NCBI GenBank assembly: GCA_029856125.1
Contig: JAHQWJ010000136.1
Coordinates: 1-64,000 of the forward strand
From: Promethearchaeia archaeon
GTDB lineage: Archaea > Asgardarchaeota > Lokiarchaeia > Sigyniarchaeales > SOKP01
Length of the DNA: 64,000 bases
Reading direction: 5' to 3'
Shown here: positions 59,830-64,000 of the stretch, in pieces
How the letters are laid out: every line of letters starts with the position of its first letter
Position numbering within the stretch: the first letter of the stretch is position 1
The notes under the pieces: generated by a model
The model's input: the letters and a program-made list of their open reading frames with translations, nothing else
Database searches by the model: none
What the model was told of the DNA's origin: nothing
Program-made: the position numbers and the translations under genes

Positions 59830-60486
59830 ATGACAGAAGAAAAGGAAGAAGTAATCGAAGAAGAAGAAATCGAAGAAGATGAAATCAAAGCCGAGGAAGG
59901 TTTAGATTACAAAATTGAGAATGTAGTTGCGACTGTCGTCGTTGAAATCACAGAAAAAATCGATTTAAATATAATTGCCCGCAAACACACAGATGTTGAA
60001 TATAATCCCGAAAGATTTCCAGGATTAGTTATGAGAATTCTAAAACCAAAAGCAACTATCTTAATTTTCTCGACGGGAAAGATGGTAGTTACCGGTATGC
60101 GTAAAGCTTCAGAAGCTGATAGGGTTGTGGAGAAAGTGTTAAAGAATATTCGAAAAGCAGGGATAAAAGTATCCAATCCCGAGATTACGATTCAAAATAT
60201 TGTAGCTAGTGGAGATTTACACACTAATATTGATTTAAATATGGCAGCTATCGTTATGGAATACGCTATGTATGAGCCAGAAGTATTTCCCGGTTTGATC
60301 TATAGAATGCAAGAACCTAAAACGGTTTTCTTAATTTTCAGCACGGGTAGGATAGTTTGTACAGGAGCAAAGAAGAAAGAAATAGTTAAAGAAGCAGTTA
60401 AGAAATTGAATAAGGAAGTACGCGATTTAGGTGTAGCGAAAAAGGACTTAGGAAATCCCGACTACCAAGATATTACTTTTATTTAA
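59830..60486 (+). CDS. tbp: TATA-box binding protein (copy 2, tandem)
   Basis: Same motifs; second repeat and tail identical at protein level to copy 1. Confidence 0.96.
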   Translation: MTEEKEEVIEEEEIEEDEIKAEEGLDYKIENVVATVVVEITEKIDLNIIARKHTDVEYNPERFPGLVMRILKPKATILIFSTGKMVVTGMRKASEADRVVEKVLKNIRKAGIKVSNPEITIQNIVASGDLHTNIDLNMAAIVMEYAMYEPEVFPGLIYRMQEPKTVFLIFSTGRIVCTGAKKKEIVKEAVKKLNKEVRDLGVAKKDLGNPDYQDITFI

Positions 60487-60670
60487 TAACTTTTATTTTT
60501 TTTAAGGATACTCGCTTTTTTTAAAGTTGTAATGGATATAATTCTAATTCTATCAATATTTTAATCCAGATAAAGATTATAAATACTCTTATTACTTAAT
60601 TGCTAAGCCTATCTATTTTTTAAAACACCTAATTCGGATTGGAAATTATTGAAAGATAAGGGCCTGAAAA

Positions 60671-61150
60671 TTAGTCTTTTTGAAACACAATCATAAATTC
60701 ACAATGATCTTTACCTGATTGTAAGCTACAATCTACCTCTTGTGCAAAACAATGATTATTTGTCATTTTTTCAACGAGTCCAGCTAATAAGCCTGCTTCG
60801 AATGAACAAAAGCTTCCTTCTGTTCTTATACCTTTATTAATGAGATCCTTTATTGAAGAATGCCCTTTAAGTTTTAATTGCACAATTTCTTCGGTACTTT
60901 CTGTAATCTCGACATCGCCTAGGTTAAATTCAAAGATTTTTTCTTTTAAGGCATTAGGGATATTTTTTACATCATCAATTTGTTTAACTTTTAGAATTGT
61001 TCCTAATTCGTGGCCTAAATAGTAGAAAATAGCTTCTAACTGATGACCTAGAGCTAACAAAGCTCCTACTTTCATATCTCCAATCTCTTTTCCACCTTTC
61101 AAATGTTTCCTCATTTGGACTAAAATTTTTGAAAGCAATTGTCTATCCAT
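60671..61150 (-). CDS. V4R domain protein
   Basis: 'FCSFEAGLLAGLVE...EVDCSLQSGKDHCEF'. Confidence 0.85.
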   Translation of the reverse strand: MDRQLLSKILVQMRKHLKGGKEIGDMKVGALLALGHQLEAIFYYLGHELGTILKVKQIDDVKNIPNALKEKIFEFNLGDVEITESTEEIVQLKLKGHSSIKDLINKGIRTEGSFCSFEAGLLAGLVEKMTNNHCFAQEVDCSLQSGKDHCEFMIVFQKD

Positions 61151-61183
61151 TTTTTTATTCTCACTCTCTTTCTTTAATTTGTA

Positions 61184-61480
61184 TTATTCAATTTTTACGG
61201 AGCTTATAAATCCATAGAGTATAGCGTCAATAATATCTTCCTCTTGGATATTTACAGATAACCTCCTATCTGCCACAATAATTGTTGGTAACGAAGTAAT
61301 CTTATATTCATTGGTTAATTGGTAATTTTTTCCTACATCAATTTTTTCTATATACAATTTTTTTCCAAACATAGAAATATTTATTCTCTTTAACATCTGC
61401 TCAATTGGGAGGCACGGGCCGCAATGGGAAGAAGAAAAAAATAAAATTTTCGGATAACCTTGCTGAAACTCTTCTAACAT
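61184..61480 (-). CDS. Thioredoxin-fold protein
   Basis: CGPC, 'YKITSLPTIIV'. Confidence 0.8.
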   Translation of the reverse strand: MLEEFQQGYPKILFFSSSHCGPCLPIEQMLKRINISMFGKKLYIEKIDVGKNYQLTNEYKITSLPTIIVADRRLSVNIQEEDIIDAILYGFISSVKIE

Positions 61481-61517
61481 ACATCACCTATATGTGCCTA
61501 AAAATCCTTTTTCTAAT

Positions 61518-62063
61518 TTATTGATCCTTGTATTTTTCATAAAGGTCTTTAATTATCGCTTGAAACGCTTCATATACACCGTTCCCCGTTTTTGCGCTGG
61601 TATTGTAGTATCCAAGAAAATCTCTTTTATCAACAATCTCTTCTACTTTACTCTTATTTAGTTCGTCATTAACTAAATCGATTTTATTTCCAAATAATAC
61701 GATTGGAATATTTCCACAATATTTCTTAATATCTTCATGCCATTCTGAAATATGCTTAAAACTGTTATCAATTTCTTTTGGAGCATGAGAAAAAACTATA
61801 ATTGCGGCTTTGCTACCCTTGTAAAAAGTAGGTCTCATGAATGAGAACTCAGCTTGACCAGCAATGTCCCAAAAAAATAATTTCACTGCGCTATTTCCTA
61901 TTTTTTCATCATATTTAGAGAATTGTGCTCCTAATGTCTTGATGTACTCTTTCTTAAAACTCCCTTTAGTATATTTTTTTATTAAGGATGTTTTACCTAC
62001 ACCACCATCTCCAATTACAGTTATTTTGAAAACGAAATCTTTCCTCTCATCCCTTTCACTCAT
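61518..62063 (-). CDS. Rab-like small GTPase
   Basis: GDGGVGKT, TLG, WDIAGQ, NKID, TSAK. Confidence 0.93.
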   Translation of the reverse strand: MSERDERKDFVFKITVIGDGGVGKTSLIKKYTKGSFKKEYIKTLGAQFSKYDEKIGNSAVKLFFWDIAGQAEFSFMRPTFYKGSKAAIIVFSHAPKEIDNSFKHISEWHEDIKKYCGNIPIVLFGNKIDLVNDELNKSKVEEIVDKRDFLGYYNTSAKTGNGVYEAFQAIIKDLYEKYKDQ

Positions 62064-62245
62064 AAAATCACATTATAGTTCTAACTTGAATGTCTTTGTA
62101 ATTTCTTTTACTTCTTAAGAATATAAATTATAAATAGTCTTTTTTATTTATATTGCTTTTTATTATTAAATGAATTCCTATAAATTGTCCAAAATTTTAA
62201 AATATTAACCAGATAAAATATTAATTAAAATGTGATAGATTACTA

Positions 62246-62722
62246 ATGGATTTCTTAGAAAAAATCAAAGACATTATTACTAAATTTACAACTAGAGAAA
62301 TTACCTTAGCTATTGCTGAATCTTGTACAGGAGGGTATATTTCGAATATGTTTACCAATATATCTGGCGCTTCTAAAGTTTTTGAGAGGGGAATAATATG
62401 TTATAGTAATGCATCTAAAGTTGCACTATTGAATATTGATCCTGAAAGCATAAATCAGCATGGAGCCGTATCGGAAACGGTAGCAAAGCAATTGGCGAAT
62501 AATATTAGAGTCCTCTCCAATGTCGACATAGGAATTGGGATTACTGGTATCGCAGGACCTACGGGTGGCACGCCTGAGAAACCTGTGGGGATAGCCTATA
62601 TAGGGATTTCAACTATCGATGAAATCTTCGTGGAGAAACATCATTTTGATGTAGATCGGGTAACTTTTAAGGTTAAAATATTAGAAAAAATCCTTTTACT
62701 TTTACAGAATTTCATGAAATAA
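62246..62722 (+). CDS. CinA C-terminal domain / NMN deamidase (PncC-like)
   Basis: AESCTGG, GAS, YSN..K, GAVS, TGIAGP.GG...KPVG. Confidence 0.92.
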   Translation: MDFLEKIKDIITKFTTREITLAIAESCTGGYISNMFTNISGASKVFERGIICYSNASKVALLNIDPESINQHGAVSETVAKQLANNIRVLSNVDIGIGITGIAGPTGGTPEKPVGIAYIGISTIDEIFVEKHHFDVDRVTFKVKILEKILLLLQNFMK

Positions 62723-62863
62723 CTCATCGATACTCGTTCTATCTTCTTATTATTGTATAAAATGAAGTATTTTTCGTGAACAAAACCTTTTTCTTTAAAT
62801 ATCGAAAACCTAAAAATAATGTATGTCTATTCTGGTTAGAAACAAAGTGTGAAGGTCCTTTCG

Positions 62864-64000
62864 ATGAATGTGAAAAAGACTTATGGAATATTTTTCTTAG
62901 TATATTTTACTTGGGGAGTATTTGAAGCGTATTTTGGTTTATACCTTCCGTTGTATTATTACGAGATTTTAGCTGTTAATCGAAACAATTTAGCATTCAC
63001 CCAATTTTTTGGGTATCTTTCGTTAATAATAACGCCCCTTATTGCCTATGTTTTTGATGCACATATAGAATCTGAACGAAATCATAAAATCTTTGTATAT
63101 CTCTTCGCTATTTTGCTATGTTCGTGCTTCTCAATTTTTCTTATAAATAAAAACATCCTATTATTGTATGGAATTTTTTTGGCAGTATATTTTCTTTGCA
63201 GGATGTTTATTGGCACAATTATGAGTAAGATTTACCTCACACTTAGCGTGGAATCGCCAAAAATTAAACACCCTATGATATTAATTATAAACGGAGCAAA
63301 AGGCGTTAGTTTTCTTATAATATCTTTATTTTTCGATTCTATTATTAAAAACGTCTACTCTTTACCGCAATGGGAATTGTTCTTCATGATCGGTTGGATA
63401 TTGACGCTACCATTGCTCTCTGTAGTTCTGTTTTTGAGAAATTACACCATATTCAGCGATCAAAGTTCACCAAATAGAAATAACGATATTGAAAGTAAAA
63501 ATAGTAAAAAAAAGAACCAGAAAAGGGTTTTTTGTTTTGCAATTTTCTTATACATCGCTTTCTTTTTAGCGTCCTCAGATTTATTCTTTTTATCGTTAAT
63601 TAGTTCGTGGGTTTTAACAAGATATAATGAGTTTTCGTTACGAATTTTCTTTAACTTCTATTATGTGATAACGATATGTTCTCTTCTTGGGTATTACTTT
63701 GCTTCAAAAATCGCTAAAAGGATAAGCAATATGCTACTTTTCTTTGTTTCTTGTTGCTTCTATTTATTTTTCATTATTCTCTTACCGCTCTCAAATTTCC
63801 CAATTTTTTTAGTGATTCAATGTGGTCTTGCATTTACAGGTTATATTGCTAATTATTTTTACATATCTATCGCTCAAACGATTTCAGTGAACGCGCGATA
63901 TAAAACTGTTGTGTATCAGCTATTATTAATGTCCCAATCAATCGCAAGAATTGTTTTCACTCCCATAGGAACATCGTTATCTGCTTTTATCAGCGTGGAA
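62864..64000 (+). CDS. MFS transporter, truncated by window end (not in ORF track)
   Basis: ATG at 62864; frame stays open to the end of the window; many TM helices with a central hydrophilic loop. Confidence 0.75.
   Translation, partial: MNVKKTYGIFFLVYFTWGVFEAYFGLYLPLYYYEILAVNRNNLAFTQFFGYLSLIITPLIAYVFDAHIESERNHKIFVYLFAILLCSCFSIFLINKNILLLYGIFLAVYFLCRMFIGTIMSKIYLTLSVESPKIKHPMILIINGAKGVSFLIISLFFDSIIKNVYSLPQWELFFMIGWILTLPLLSVVLFLRNYTIFSDQSSPNRNNDIESKNSKKKNQKRVFCFAIFLYIAFFLASSDLFFLSLISSWVLTRYNEFSLRIFFNFYYVITICSLLGYYFASKIAKRISNMLLFFVSCCFYLFFIILLPLSNFPIFLVIQCGLAFTGYIANYFYISIAQTISVNARYKTVVYQLLLMSQSIARIVFTPIGTSLSAFISVE

Noticed and set aside
212-62118. Numerous short ORF-track entries overlapping real genes (e.g. 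212-595, 8445-8840, 25170-25511, 52722-53147, 59907-60176)
   Set aside because: Antisense or alternate-frame shadows of well-supported CDSs without motifs.

Overview
This AT-rich 64-kb window looks like a Lokiarchaeia-type Asgard archaeal chromosome segment. It encodes archaeal information-processing genes (aIF1A, aIF2-gamma, Spt5, TFS, two TBPs, CDC48, PSTK), form III RuBisCO with ribose-1,5-bisphosphate isomerase, and a tetraether synthase homologue. It also carries many eukaryotic-signature genes: four Rab-like GTPases, longin/roadblock proteins, V4R proteins and eL22. No CRISPR array, tRNA or mobile element was seen. The two strongest signals are invisible in the ORF track and both point to the archaeal tRNA-splicing machinery. 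(1) The aIF2-gamma gene is interrupted inside its P-loop (GHVDHG|KTT) by a 29-nt intron (18999-19027) that folds into a textbook bulge-helix-bulge (BHB) motif; canonical cleavage restores the frame exactly. (2) The gap at ~15020-15220 holds a circularly permuted 5S rRNA gene (3' half, UUCG, 5' half) inside a 19-bp processing stem with a BHB-like motif, whose cleavage and ligation would yield a 121-nt circular 5S rRNA with a seamless junction. Other notable items are a 35-aa-repeat protein resembling nebulin repeats, an orphan structured RNA candidate, a probable ATT start for RuBisCO, a Met-rich ~220-aa insertion in an ABC NBD, and a tandem TBP pair with mosaic identity. All calls come from reading the sequence; no searches were run.
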